Assembly (NCBI RefSeq): GCF_037042905.1
Contig: NC_087261.1
Coordinates: 18,662,001 to 18,726,000, forward strand
Reading direction: 5' to 3'
Length of the DNA stretch: 64,000 nucleotides
Origin: Lytechinus pictus
Taxonomy: Eukaryota
A model generated the notes under the pieces. The model saw only the letters and a program-made list of their open reading frames with translations. It was not told the origin of the DNA and made no database searches. Below, one piece after another: positions 1 through 13,684 of the stretch (its first letter is position 1; each line of letters begins with the position of its first letter). Both the position numbers and the translations under genes were made by a program.

Positions 1-3000
1 TCACAATGCCGGTTTCCTTCGTCTGCTTGCAACGTGTGCGTTAACCAACGACAATGACCAATATTGTGTTAAATCATATAATTCGATAGTTTGCTCGTAA
101 AGCATAATTATAAATAAGGTGAACGTCACCAAAATACTATCGATTACTGTCACTTGATCTTACAAAACAAAGGAACCCGTAAGCAACGTTTTTTTAATAC
201 TCAGTAATTTTCAAAAATTACAATTACCCCTTTTCATCCAAACTTTAGTTGTGTAATCGGCAGGGTTCTTAATCTGCAACCTATCATCACGCTTTGGGTA
301 ATATTTAAAAAAAAATCCGATTAAATTTGCCTCTACAACAGTGCTACCAAAGGAATCAAAATATGGCCAGACTGCTGCAGCCTTGTCAGTTTTGATTATT
401 ACTATGAGCATGCATCCATTGAAGGGTAGGAGAGTGGGGGGGGGGGGGGGATCGCCCAAAATATGATAATTAGGCCACACTGTCCAGGACTAGCTCATTG
501 CTCTAACTGATGAAAAGGCGAGCGGAGTAATAAATTAAGTGGCAGATGTGGTGGGGTTGCGAGCGCGATGGCACGAAGCGAGGTGTCATATTACAAGCGT
601 TTTGGCGACTTGTACGATGCATACGGTAGTACTGTCAATGTCTTGAAATAGGAAAATGTGAAAAATATAAATGGCGATTGAATAGACTACAGTTCAACCC
701 GAATGACGTGAATATTACTTATTATCGGATATAATGAGTTGGCCAAAGCGGGCTCCACCCTGTGACGCATTTACACTTCGTTCCCGAATTTCGTTCCTTT
801 ATCATTTTTAATTTCATATAATATAACTAATTTATTCATTTATTCTGAAAGAACCATACAAGTATATGGAAAGGTATATGTCTATTGTTTTATTACAGAA
901 CTACCTGAAATTATATTCTATAACCTTCAAGTTGGAAAAACAATGAGTTGTGTTAGAAGAGAAAAATTAGAATAACAGAATAATCGGAGTTTAAAATCAA
1001 ATGTATAGATGATAAAAATTTCACTTAAAAAATCAAAACTTGGGAATTTAGTAGGTTGATCGTAAAAAAGTAGTAAGGAAAACTATCGAATATATCGTAG
1101 CTCTATAGGCCTACCTGATAATCGTTAATTTCTAGTTTATATTTTATCTATCAAAAAGAAAATATAATTTTTAACCAAATTTTAGCCAATGTGTGCACTG
1201 CAATGAATTTGAATGAATGAATTTAGAAATTGTCCCTATCTTACTGACATCATAATGACACCGGGTAACAGTGGTGTTAAAAAGTTAGTGAACCCCACCA
1301 GAAAATGCACTCCTTCATGCCGAGTGTTAAATTTAGACAACGCTAAAATGTCCAATGAGCGCAGAAAAACAAACTTCGTAGAATGTGTTATATTATCATC
1401 TGATTATCCAGAACTTTAAATTTACAATTAAAAATCTAAAATATGGCAGAACTTGAACTCTTTTATGTGTACATTTCTGGTATTTTTTTCGAAAATAAAT
1501 CTTCATTTATGTTGAATTCCCTGATATATGTTTAAAGAAACAATTTTAAATGCTTCTTATAAAGAATAATAAAACAAATGAAGACACTGGGAAATGTTTT
1601 ATTTAGTTAATATTCGGTATTTTCATTTTTACTTGTTATAATTTTCGAGCAAGTCCTCTCTCTCCCTCTCTACGTGTGTGATGTGTGTAGTGGTAATAGT
1701 GTGTGTGTTTATATTTCCATCACTCTTTCTTTTTTTATTCTTCCTATCTTTCACCCATTTATCAGTTCCATCCTGACATGACCATGAATATAACAGCATC
1801 GTTGCTTGAATCCTGCTCGAAAAGAGCAATAAATATTCAATTACTTTTCACACGGTCTCCTTGTCCCCGGTCGGGTCGGTCCGCGCTCACTCATCCGTCT
1901 GGTGTCGCTGCCAATTTGCAACGCTTACTGATTACGCGAACACCTGCCCCTGTATTTGACAACCTTCCTTTAAAACAGAGCGGATTAAACGGCGATAGAA
2001 TTATATGAAAAGTGCGGTCACAATCATGCATTATTTCCCGTGAAGGTTGATTCCGTTATTTCGGATGAGCCCTGCATAATGATAACTTCACCGCTAAACA
2101 TACCGTCTTTCCACCCGGCGTCGCGCTGTCTCTGTCAACCGTAGACAACAAATGTAACTCCTGGATAACACTTGTCAGGTACATATTACAACTGACAAAA
2201 TGATACTTTTTTCAATAGTCGGGGGAAACTGCTGGTATACAAAATCTGATTAAATGTGTTCAAAGGTAAATGTTCTTTTTTTTTTTTTCCAAAAGATACT
2301 CGAAAAATGAAAAGCAGTTTACAAAGTACCACACAACAAGTCACGTGATCTCTCTAAAAAAAGATGACGGTTGTCGATATCACCAGTGGCACAAGGGCGT
2401 TGCTTACGCAGATGACCCTACGCTAATAGCTTAGGGGTAACATGAGCTCAGTTGGTAGATGAGCTAAATCCAGACCAAGTATAAAAAATTGATTCTGTCA
2501 TCTTGATTTGCGAAGGTATCGCTGTCAGAAGGCGGAAATTACAAGAGAACATTCAATCCGTGAATATCGTATCACCTTTGGAAATGCGCTGCTACCTTCA
2601 CTCCCAGAAGACCGAACGAAAATGGAAAGCGAAAATTGGATTTACGGGAAAGTTTCTCTCGTTTTCTCTCTCCTTTTAACCATTAATATTCATGGTAATG
2701 ACACCATGCCACCAAACAGATATTTAAATCTTTGGAACAATCATGGAAACTTTGTGCACGTTTCTCTTTGGTGGTGAAGGTGTTCTTGTTTCTGGCTTAC
2801 AGCTAAAAATCACGTGGTTTATTATTCCGACTCTCTCAATGTGACGTAACGTTTTAATTTGTTATGAATATCCATGCTGTAGCATCGCTATCCAAGTTAT
2901 GAATGTTGATGCTGTATCATCGGTATTCAACAAATCAGAAGCGAAAATGCCCACTCTGCCTCGACGTTGCGATTGTACAAATTTTTCGGAATTATCCCGT

Positions 3001-6000
3001 ACAAATTTAGCAGCTAAAAATCGACTTTTACCTTTTTAATATAGCAGCACTGGAACCTGTTCATAATAGGTTAAAAGCTTTCGTAAATTGAGCGTGAACC
3101 ATCCTCTGCATGCCGAGGCAAATTCCTCTTTCCCTTTCTCTCTCTCTCTCTCTCATCCCTTTTTGTCAATTCTCCTTTTTAGTTTTGCATATCCGTTGAA
3201 TAATAATGGGGTCAACTCAGCAAATATGATTCGGCGTTCTCAATACTCCAGATTATGTATGGTCATGGAATAACAAATACCTATTGACTGGAAAAGGGAA
3301 ATTACATCTTAAAAGGAAATTTACATAATAATTCACTTTATCATTTTGATTACACTTCCTTCAACAATATTGGCCAACACCCTTCAAACATCAATTCTGT
3401 TGTTGCTGTTTGTTTTTTTCTTTTGTATTGGGCTGAAAAAATGAATGAAACCTATTTTTATTTGGGTGACGTATAATGCTAACCATTCACCAAATAAGAA
3501 GTGAAAGGAAAAATTGTTTTGTCAACTCCAATATCAATCTCAAACTACATACTTCGCTCATGTTAATTCCATCAACCTTTCATTGTCATACCACACCATT
3601 CATGCCAATGTAAGCTACACACAATCACCAAAGTTATATTGACTCGGTTACATAGGCCCATACATGCATTGCCGCGTCCGCCATTCAGTTGATGCAGGTT
3701 TAACGTTGTTGAGCACTGTAATGACAGGCGAGTAGAAGGAATTGGCAATGGTTTGCACGTTTTAATAAAGGGACTACGTGCTGTGGCGTAGAGCGTCACA
3801 TCGTTAAGAAACAGGAAATGCAAGGCCATGGTCATGCAGGCGATGTGATTTGATTATGTCCTCCCAATCGATACACATCGATACAGCGCTAAGTCAACAT
3901 CTACCATAGATTAAAGAGTGTATGGAACGCTGAGTGTTGAATATTAATTTAGTTCGCACAACGCATAGACCAGAGAAAGTATTGCAGACATAATCCAGGG
4001 CACAATTTGCCTTTTATTTTCCTTTTTTTAGTTTTTATTTAAATTTTAATTAAGGTTGGCAGATTAATGATTCATTCATTTATTAAGATTGTGTCTGCAT
4101 CATTTGTATTGTTTTTCTTTGTTGTTATGTTCGTTTATTAAATGTTCAAATTGGTACAACCATGGAATTGTATAACAATGATTATGATGATAGTGTAGAA
4201 TATTTCTTATTATGAAATCATTAACTGTTAAACTTCAGATTGGTATTAAAGGGTAAAGAAGGATTTTCACACGGAATATAATAAATATATAGGAAAATAG
4301 CTCGAATCTTAGAACAAATTAGGGAGTAAAACAATCATTGATCAAAATCTTTTCGGTGGGGTATGCATCTCCATATTGCCTCTCCTTCTGTCTAACTTAT
4401 AACGTTGTAGGCCTATGTATTATTCCTTTCGATCCATCTATCTCTTTGATAACTAACTTACACTCATCTTATTCTTTCTCTCTTTTCCCTTTGCTACCTC
4501 CTCGCTTCTTTTTTTTCACGTTCGATTTTCATTATCTCCATCTCTTTCTGGAAATGAAATTCTATTTTCAAAAAGATCTATGACGTTCGTAGTATCATTT
4601 CCTTAATCTTGGCTTCCCTACGAGGACGCAAGAGGTGCTCTTATGTAAAGCATCCCACACCGGACGGATTTTGTGATAATTGTGCTTAAGTTATGGCATA
4701 ATCTGAAATAAAATACCAACCGCCTGGAGAAAGCTTGGCTCATATCGCTGAAATGAAGTAAAACGGGCAAGGTAAAGAACGGCAAATCATATTGCAGAAA
4801 TGAAAAAAAAAATGGACTCACAGATTGTTGGAGTGATCGAAAGCGTTATGAATAATATGCATAACTGCTGCTTACCGTACCCATAAAGTTAATGCTAATT
4901 GGGGCTTTTTTTTAATGTAAAACAAAAAATCAACCTTTCTTGTACCATGAATTTATGTAAGCAAGTGTAATTCTATCTGAAAGCAACTTCGCGGTTTCGA
5001 CAATGATGACGATACGATCTCGCTTCCTAGTAAAAAAACACTTGACTAAAACACTTTCAGCTCGAGAACGATAAATGCTGCCGTGCACTTGAAATAATTT
5101 TGAGAGGAAGAACGGGGCCAGTCTGATCTTAAAAAAGGAAGAGACTACAAAATATCATACAAAATTAAAGTTGAAAACCCTCATTTCAAATATATAACAT
5201 AGAGAGAGAGATAGAGAGGGGGGAACACCATTAATTTTCATGATTGTCATCGGGACATGATATTTTCCTTGAAATTAAATCGAACATGCTGACTGAAAAT
5301 TTATGTAAATGCATATATTGTGACCTTGGGGGCATGAACCTCTAAAATATTTCACGGCCAAGAAAAAAGGGAGGAGAGAAAGAATACAAAAGGAAAGGAA
5401 AGGGGTAAAATATAAAATTAATTTTAATTTCATGCCAATATCTATTGCAAAATTTTATCTTTGTATAAAAAGATATCTTTACTTGATTCCAGTTTTTTCT
5501 TTTTATTTGAATCATACGCCATGTCGGACGGAACCCCATCATATTTTTACCTTTTTTTTTCTTCTTCTTCCTTTTTTTTTGCCTATTACGACACTCATTG
5601 AGGCTCTGTCGCAAATGATTGCCTCTTCACAATCATGACAATGATGGTTTTTATCACCAATTATTCTGCAACCAAAGACAATAGGAATCATGGGAATAGG
5701 CACTTCATACTTGAAATAATTACACTCGATCAGCATAATAGCATGCTTCAACGCGCTCTCCCGTGATTAGATATTCTATACGGCGGGGAGAAAAAATGAA
5801 TGATGGCGAAAAGAAGGCAATGGCGAAGGAAAATTGACAGGATAAAATTATTAGCAGCGTGTTTGGAGTAAGGTGGTATTATTTGGATGTAATCACGCAA
5901 ACTCGAATCCTTGAACAGAATTATTGGCTGTATTCTGGCCCTTGGCACGATTGGATGATCATTTTGATTCGGGATTGATATATTAAAACGGGCGGACGTT

Positions 6001-8282
6001 GCGAGAGCAAAAATGGGGAGGGAAATAAATGCAATGATCAATAGCCGATAAGTGAATAATACAAGGAGAAAGACTCGAGGCTGGAGAAGATGAGAATGAT
6101 GTAATAGTTGGTAGACAGTTATTTAATAGAAGCAATAGCGGTGGGTGTAGAAGTAGAAAAAGAAGAAGAAAATTATAAACAAGAAATATAAGGAAGTGAA
6201 AAGGAAACAGAATGGGAAACAACATAGTAGTAGTTGTAATAATAATGATAAACATGATACACAAATTAAAAATGGGAGATGTATGTTTAGAATTAGAAGC
6301 TGATGGTAAGGTGTCAAAGAGATAGGGAAGATTAAAATAATAATATCCGGTATAATAAATAGAAAATCACACTTTCGCTACCTGTTAGCTTATTATATCT
6401 AATTCAATAGGGGCCTTTTATAAGGATGCATTTACGCTTATGCATGTTTTATCATGTGTATATAGCTTGCATAAATCGGAGCGGTGAGTCATAGAACGAA
6501 GATACATCCAGGTCGTATCTCTGTTTTTTTTTTTCATTTTCCCTCATGTTTTTTTCTTCTTTTTTTTTGTCCTTCTCACTCTCTCTCTATCTCTCTTTGG
6601 CTCTGTCCATCCCTTTGCCACTCCCCCCACTCGTCCCCTCTCCTGGACTCTCTATTTCCCCGTCTCACTTGTCCCTGTTTGCTCATTTTTGTGACTTGTA
6701 ACCGAACTAGATCAACGTTGAAATTACTAACGCATGGTAAATCACGAAGCTTAGGAAATTAGTCGATTGTCGTGAGCGGCCATTTTGATCGATGAGCTTG
6801 GCTGCGGAGCCCATTCATCCTACGTAACAGCATATTATCAACACTTACGATTCTGAAAACTCCTCGATTAGATTATAATAAAACGTTTATCATTGACCTT
6901 GTCTTATTGATGACAAGGATAGGATCGATTTAATGAAAGTTTCGTTGATCGCAGCTCTTTCTAATACAACGGGCTTAGCTTATGGTCACAGTTTCTGTAG
7001 CAAAAATAGATTTCCTTGAAAACGCTTTTAAAAAAGTTTTCCCTTTCTCAGTGGACCTCAAAGCTTGACGTTTTCTTTGGTCACACATCTGGATGATTCT
7101 AACGCGCTTGGATAGATTATTTTCCCAGAGTATCACTATCAAACAACACCACCCCACTAAAATTCGCCATCATATCTGTTAAACATTATAGTCTCGCTAG
7201 ACGACGTCCCATGCCACAACCAAAATATGAAAAATGGCGGACTCGCATGTCCCAGACCGATTCAAATGTCTCCTTCTTTTCCCCAGCCGAAAGAGCAGGC
7301 GACAATAAACGTAAATGAAACCCTCGCGGACCAATACCATACTTAACCTCTTAGAAAACCACCGGAGAGGGGAAATGGAAACGCCCGCCGCATGTTTGTT
7401 CGCCATTTTGCTTACCGCTATCTTTTCTTTAGTCTTTAGATTATTCACCCGGAGGCCCTCGAATCCATTTTCATTCCTGAAAGGCAATTAGACTCTTGTG
7501 AAGATTTTTAGCAGAAGGGCAGGCAGGCCAAAGACAAAAAACGTCCCTTCAGCGCGAATATAGTGTAAGATGTCAGTGAGCCGGCTCTAGACGCTTTGAC
7601 CAGCCGCCAATGGTAGCACAGAGGCTCAGGAGGTCACTGGTTGATTATTATCTCCATTGATTTTATTCAAGACATTTTTTTTTAATTACAAGGTATTAAC
7701 TGCCATATCATCCTGACATTTTCTTACACAATTAGTGGAACAAGTTCTAATTCCAAAGCTTAAATTGAAAGCTCTTTTTATATAAAAGAAGATATTCAGT
7801 GGTTCCTCGAGTAAGAGTTCAAAGAAGGACACATGTTTCCACATACGCACATTGGCGTTTCATATTTAATACTTTATTGTTGCAATTTTAATATATGCTA
7901 ATATGTTTTGTTTTAATGTCTATACTACAAACGCCATTTATTCTCCTACAGATACACTACCATAATTTCACATTTCCATCGCTAACCTCAAGTGGTACGC
8001 TCCGACGAACCCTAATGTTGTGTTGATACATAGGTATGACACTATTAGATAATTTTGTAGACATGCATGCAGTAACTTCTGATCATAATTTCTTGATGAA
8101 AAGGTTCAAATAATTCATTTTTTCAACGATGAAATTACTAAGGCTGCACAAAAGGTTAAAATGAGATTTGTGATTATCATATCGTTTTTTTTTTCTTCAT
8201 ATATTTTACTAATATCTTTATAATTATTCTGAGGCCGGAGAAAAAAATAAATGTGCATACCAATTCACAACTATCGCCGGCA

Positions 8283-8434
8283 CACTGTACAAAATGAAGA
8301 ACTAACTTATGCTTGTATAGTGACTGCACTACGAGTGCTGATTTTCTAGTTTAAAATTTGAACTAGAAAATCAGCACTCGTAGTGCAGTCACTATACAAG
8401 TAAGTGCTAAATTAGCACTTCATTTTTTACAGTG
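8283..8434. mobile_element. Palindromic MITE with CACTG termini (CACTA/EnSpm-like)
   Basis: Termini CACTGTACAAAATGAAG / CTTCATTTTTTACAGTG with a 2-bp TSD CA. Perfect internal 40-bp inverted arms at 8312-8351 and 8361-8400. Confidence 0.8.
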
Positions 8435-10859
8435 CATTGACTTTTACCTCACCTTCACCATTGTACGCAACCAACAAAAACCGAACTTTTCAGTCAGGCG
8501 AGTTATTGGGTGAATATTTGACCTTCTTTTCATTTCAGATCAGGGAAATAGGATTACAGTTTTATGAATATATTTTCACCCTCTTTTGAATAAAACAGTG
8601 GGAGGACTGCCTAACCACAACCGCTGATAAACAGAAGTAATCACGTTCAAATTGAACCTTTTATTCGAAATCTTTTATTCATCAAATTTGATCGATGTCG
8701 TCCCATGTTCTTTAATGTACACAAAAAGGTATAAACTTCCAAGAACAAAAGTATGGTTTGCCATAAATAAGGAAATGTTTTGTGTTCATTTTGTGTTTTG
8801 AACAGAGCAATCATATTTATCCGAAATCGTTTGACCTTTTTTATTTTTTTTCATTCAGATCATATACAGGTTATACACAGCTGCACACGGAATAAAACGA
8901 AAATTTGTAACTTGACATGTTTTACCCGTTTCCATAAAGCCTTTAGCAGAGCCTATAGCTGAGCCTTTGTCCACCTGAAACAAACAGTTCAGCAGATCAG
9001 TGAGTCCGCATAGTCTCAAAGTTCAGACACCCAATGCAACCGTCCAATTCCGCAAGATATTTATTGTAAGCCATGCGCTATGGGAGGAGACACGTAATAT
9101 GCTGTGACATTCATTGTAATTAAGTGATGCATATCGAGTTAACGCTGGCTAGAAATCTGCCTCCGACTGATTAAATCAGACATTTTAATTTGATCATATT
9201 TCAAATCATCTTTTTCTCGTTCCCCCCCCCCCCCCCTCTTTTTGCGTGGGCTGGTCGGGAATACAAACTAAAGGGAAAGTGGAGAGATAGGGGATGGAGA
9301 TTTATCACCGGTAGTGTATAGATTACCGTAAGTGTAACGTTGTCTTCGACGCAGTGACATTTAAGGTGCTCTGCAGGTAAGGAAGAAATCGTGTCTCTTT
9401 ACAATGTTCGGAGAGTATGAAGATTCGCGATTGAAGGAAGTGTGAAAGAGGAAATATGAGAGGAAGTATAGACTAGATCAATCTATGTAATCTATTGTGC
9501 ACTCTCTCCCTCTATCTATCTCTCTTGCTTACTATCTCCCTCTTTCACATATCTATATTCCCGTCATGCAATGTACACTAGATAAAAAGATAGTATCGAG
9601 TTGCGCTGGTAAAATTGAGATTAGAGTGTCTTCACGTCGTCTTTCTCCCGGCCTTGTACATAATGTCACTACTGAATATCACCCACAAGCCTATGTAGAA
9701 AAAGAAAATACAGAGAGGACAGGGGATTGTGGAAGCCTGGCTCTTTACGCGAAAGAGAGGAAGGATGAAATTGTACCTACAGTATGCGCGTATGGTCGTT
9801 TTCTATGTGTGAAGTCACTATCCCGTACGGATAGAAAATACAACATAGATAATATATTGTAAAAGAAGAAGAAAAGGAATTCAGGGTATACGCGTTTAAT
9901 CGTGCAAGGGCTAAACCATAGTGTATTATGCTCGTATTCTGCTTGTGAAAGATTTTTAAGTTGAAAGAGCGTATCAAATATTTGCGTAAATATTTTGGTT
10001 TGTACGGAATATCGTTGAAGAATCAATCTAAATACTATGAGCCTTTACTACTTAAACATGTTAAAAGGAGGTTTGATTGAAGCGGAAGTTGGCCGCTGTG
10101 GTTTTGAAATGAATGTTTATTCAGAATTGACGAGACGAAATCTTAAATGTCTTTGTTATATGGAGAATCACCTAGGCAGTATATATCTTCCCATCGCTTC
10201 TTCAATTTATGCGTTTAAGGGAAGACATGGGAGGAAAGAAAGGGGTTGATTTAAGATAGATTATCTCAGAGTCGACCGCAACTGGCGTTTGATTATTGGC
10301 AAAGTAGTGTGCGGGATTCAAGCCCGCCTGGGCCGAGAGGCGCTCATTAAGGAGACGGCAATATGCACGATGGCGATGCATTTACTTGCGGAGCAGGTTT
10401 GAAAATAAGCATGGGGATTGGAGAGGGAGAGAAAGAAAAAGAGAGAGGGAGAATCGGGGAGAGTGGTTGAGTGAAGCAGATTGCCTTCAAATACGCCACA
10501 CGCTCCACAGCGTGCCTCATTTTGTCGCCGGTCAGTGTTCGCGCATGAGATGGTGTTTCTTGGAGCGTGGCATTCTACTGCCTTCTTAGACGTTTCTTCT
10601 CCGGCGCGCCCATCGTTCCCGTATCACCATACCAGACAGCCATATCGCTGCTGCCTGCTTCAGGTAGTGAACGGGGAAACGCTTTGCAGGCCTCTCCCAA
10701 CGGTTAGAACTCCATCTCATATTACACACATACGCTTGCATCGACCAATCACCACGGCTTACTAACTCAAGCAGTATATTTTTTCCTCCATTTTCAACTC
10801 GCTTTATCTTTTCTCTCTTTCCCTTGCTCTTCACATTTCTGTCTTTTTTCGTCTTTCAG

Positions 10860-11607
10860 ACGTCGTGAATTTTAATCAAGTACGCACCTGCTCGCCTAAG
10901 GGGTGAAATTTACGTCCGTCGATTTCCAAGCGAAGGCGAGCTGAACGAGAGTGAAGCACAAGCGGAGGAGACAAGGGGGAAACGGCTTTCTCTTTTGCAT
11001 AAAGGACGACATTCGATTAGGAGAGTGGGTGTGTTTTCCCCATCTCTTAGTTTGGTTCTGTGTTTCTGATGGTGCGGAATACGAATGCAGATGAGCTTTC
11101 TACTTCTCCATACTCGCGGTCGATGTTTCATGGAGACCCTCTTAGGGTAATGCATAAAAAGGGAAATCTGCATTCTGCATGCATGTCTTGCATATTGAAG
11201 TCCGTGTCGCCGAGCCTCGAATGGACTACTATTCACGTCATTCAATGACGTAAGACTCGGCCGGGCAGTAATGGTTTGTTCTTTCGGTGCATTACGGAGA
11301 ATCCCAGCTGCCTATTTTATGAAGACAAGGAAGAAGAAAGAAGACGAGTTGTGCATCTAAAATACCATCGCTGTGTATGAGATAAAAATGCTAGGTACTA
11401 GCAATATTCTGAGGAGAAGAGGACTGGAAATAGACAGTGGATTCTCTGCGGAACGAGAGGAGAAAACAAAACCACGGAATTTCATATCTAACAAAGATAA
11501 CACACAAACAGCAGACGACACTTTCACTTTATACATACAGGATGTATGTTCAGTTCGCCCGGCGCCAGATATTAATGGCGACCTACGAGTCCACATTACA
11601 CACCAAG
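10860..11607 (+). ncRNA. Putative non-coding exon of the pri-mir-124 host transcript
   Basis: Perfect branch point TACTAAC at 10760-10766, followed by an AG-free pyrimidine tract at ~10776-10857 and acceptor TTTCAG|A at 10859/10860. Donor AAG|GTTAGT at 11607/11608; upstream donor CAG|GTAAGG at 9376/9377. No credible ORF. Same strand as mir-124, 2 kb upstream of it. No transcript evidence is available. Confidence 0.45.
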
Positions 11608-13684
11608 GTTAGTATAGTTTCAGCATCGTGAATGTAATAGTGTAGGTTCTCTTTCTCGATTTCCCTCTCTCTCTCTCTCTCTGCTTCTTATTCTTCGCTC
11701 CCTTTCCCTCCTCTCCCTATCTCTACATCCACCCCGCTTCCATACGTCTGCGCACACACAATAAACCTCGCCATATGCTTTATCATGAATTCATAACTGT
11801 TCCATAAATAAATGAGTGTCAAGATTGCGTCATAAACGCCTGTTCTCCGAGTTTAATACGCAGGTTATAACGAACATGGAGCCATACAAAGGTACTAGTT
11901 CATTTTCCCCCTCGCTCCATCTTTTTAATGCGTTTTTCTGTAGCTCACAAACCGGGAATGGGTCGAGTGATTATATTGTTTGGATAGTGCATCGACGTGG
12001 AGAAAGCCGAAAGGAACATTATGTTGACATTTTGTGTCTTTGTTGAACCTCGGCTTTCGCCGGCTGGATGCGATGGTAGGGATGAAAAAGAGCCTATGAT
12101 TCATCATTTAGCGTTCTCTTTCCAGCGTCTTCATTAGTCATCATTGATTTCATGGCAAGATAGGTTGCCGCCATTGGGAGTGTTACTGACGTCTGTATTT
12201 TATTTCTATATTCAGTTTGTTCGAGCACAGTAGTGTGGCAATCCAGCATCGGTATATTCTACATTGGAGTTGCTTTTTTAGGGTTGATAAAAATCTTATT
12301 TCTGGTTGTGCCGACCACAATTACGGATTGATATACGTAAGTTGACAAATAGATCTTCTTTAACACCTATTTTCTATATCATTTTTTTGTAATTGTATTT
12401 TCCAGAATGAAAATAAGTGGGTGATTGGTTATACAAATAACATCTAAAATTGTATTCTTTCCCATTTTAAATGCGTATTTTGTGGATTTAAGAAGGTGTA
12501 TTCATTCACCTAACCATCTCTTTCATTGCATGTCGATTTCCTTTATTTCATTGTATATTGCCTTCGGTAATCTTGTGAAAGTCATATCCTAAATTTTGCG
12601 ATTTGAGACTATGAAAACCACAATTGTAACACATGTATTTACCAAATATTAAATTTTAGAAATTTATATTAAGAATAATGAAATACTGTGGTTTTAAAAA
12701 GAAGAAACACTAAACAGGGGAAATTAAGATTGGATTCAGATGTGGACAAGTTGGACTTAGTTTGGATTTCTAATCATGAAACGGAGACAATGTTCACAGT
12801 TTTCTACATTTTGATCCATTGCCGTGGTATAGCTGTTTATTATACAACGGGCCTTTTTTTCTTCCATTTCTTAATATTCACTATCTGGCGTCCGTCAATG
12901 CGCAATATTCGCTCGATTAATCCTTCAACCCGGAAGGCAGCCAACCTTCACGGCCTTGCAGTCCCGTGATCGCGAATTAGCATAAGAGCAAGAATGACAG
13001 AGAGAAAAGGATAATGAGAGCAAGTGCAAGGACAGTGGTATGAACGGGAAATCGTCATGGTTTCCCAATTCCCACCACAACCATGATGCTGAATTTCGTT
13101 TAACCGTACGATCATTTCGTATTTTCTCAGGCCATTGTCATGCACAATGCTAGTGGTGTTTGTTTTTTGGTCGAGCTAAGCACATCGCATCATCTGAAAT
13201 CGTTTATTGAGGATGATACATACATACATCTTTGATAATGCTTCCTTTTTTCTTTTGTTTTCCTCGACAGAATGATATAGATCGACGGATATTACTGGGA
13301 GAGAGTGAATTTCGAATATGTGGTAATACTTTACACTTGTTATTAATGAATTGACTTCAGTCAATATAGAGTGTGTGTGCCAAATATTACCACTATACTA
13401 AGTGCTGTACTATCCAGTGTGCATAACATCTGACTAAATGGATGTAAACCGACTTGGATTAACGTGAACTAGTATTCAGGCAATGTCTTATCAATGCTAT
13501 CAAATCACATGGCTTCCATGTGCCTTAAATGTGATATCTGCGATGGCTCATATTTTGTGTTTAGCAATGAAGTTTAGAAGACGCCATCTTAAAATTGCAA
13601 TATTGGAGAAACGGCGTTGTGTCAAATATCCAATAAACCATGGTACGATGACGTCATCACGGGTTTTCGCTGCTCCTACTTATC

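Noticed and set aside
507-540. CTGATGA hammerhead-like box
   Set aside because: No stem II followed by GAAA and no stem I.
2445-2460. AGCTCAGTTGGTAGA tRNA A-box-like string
   Set aside because: No B box or cloverleaf follows; at most a SINE relic.
6000-13680. REST/RE1 site upstream of mir-124, as in vertebrates
   Set aside because: No match to TTCAGCACC-NN-GGACAG found by eye; the TCAGCAC hits lie within a MITE. A PWM scan would be needed to exclude weak sites.
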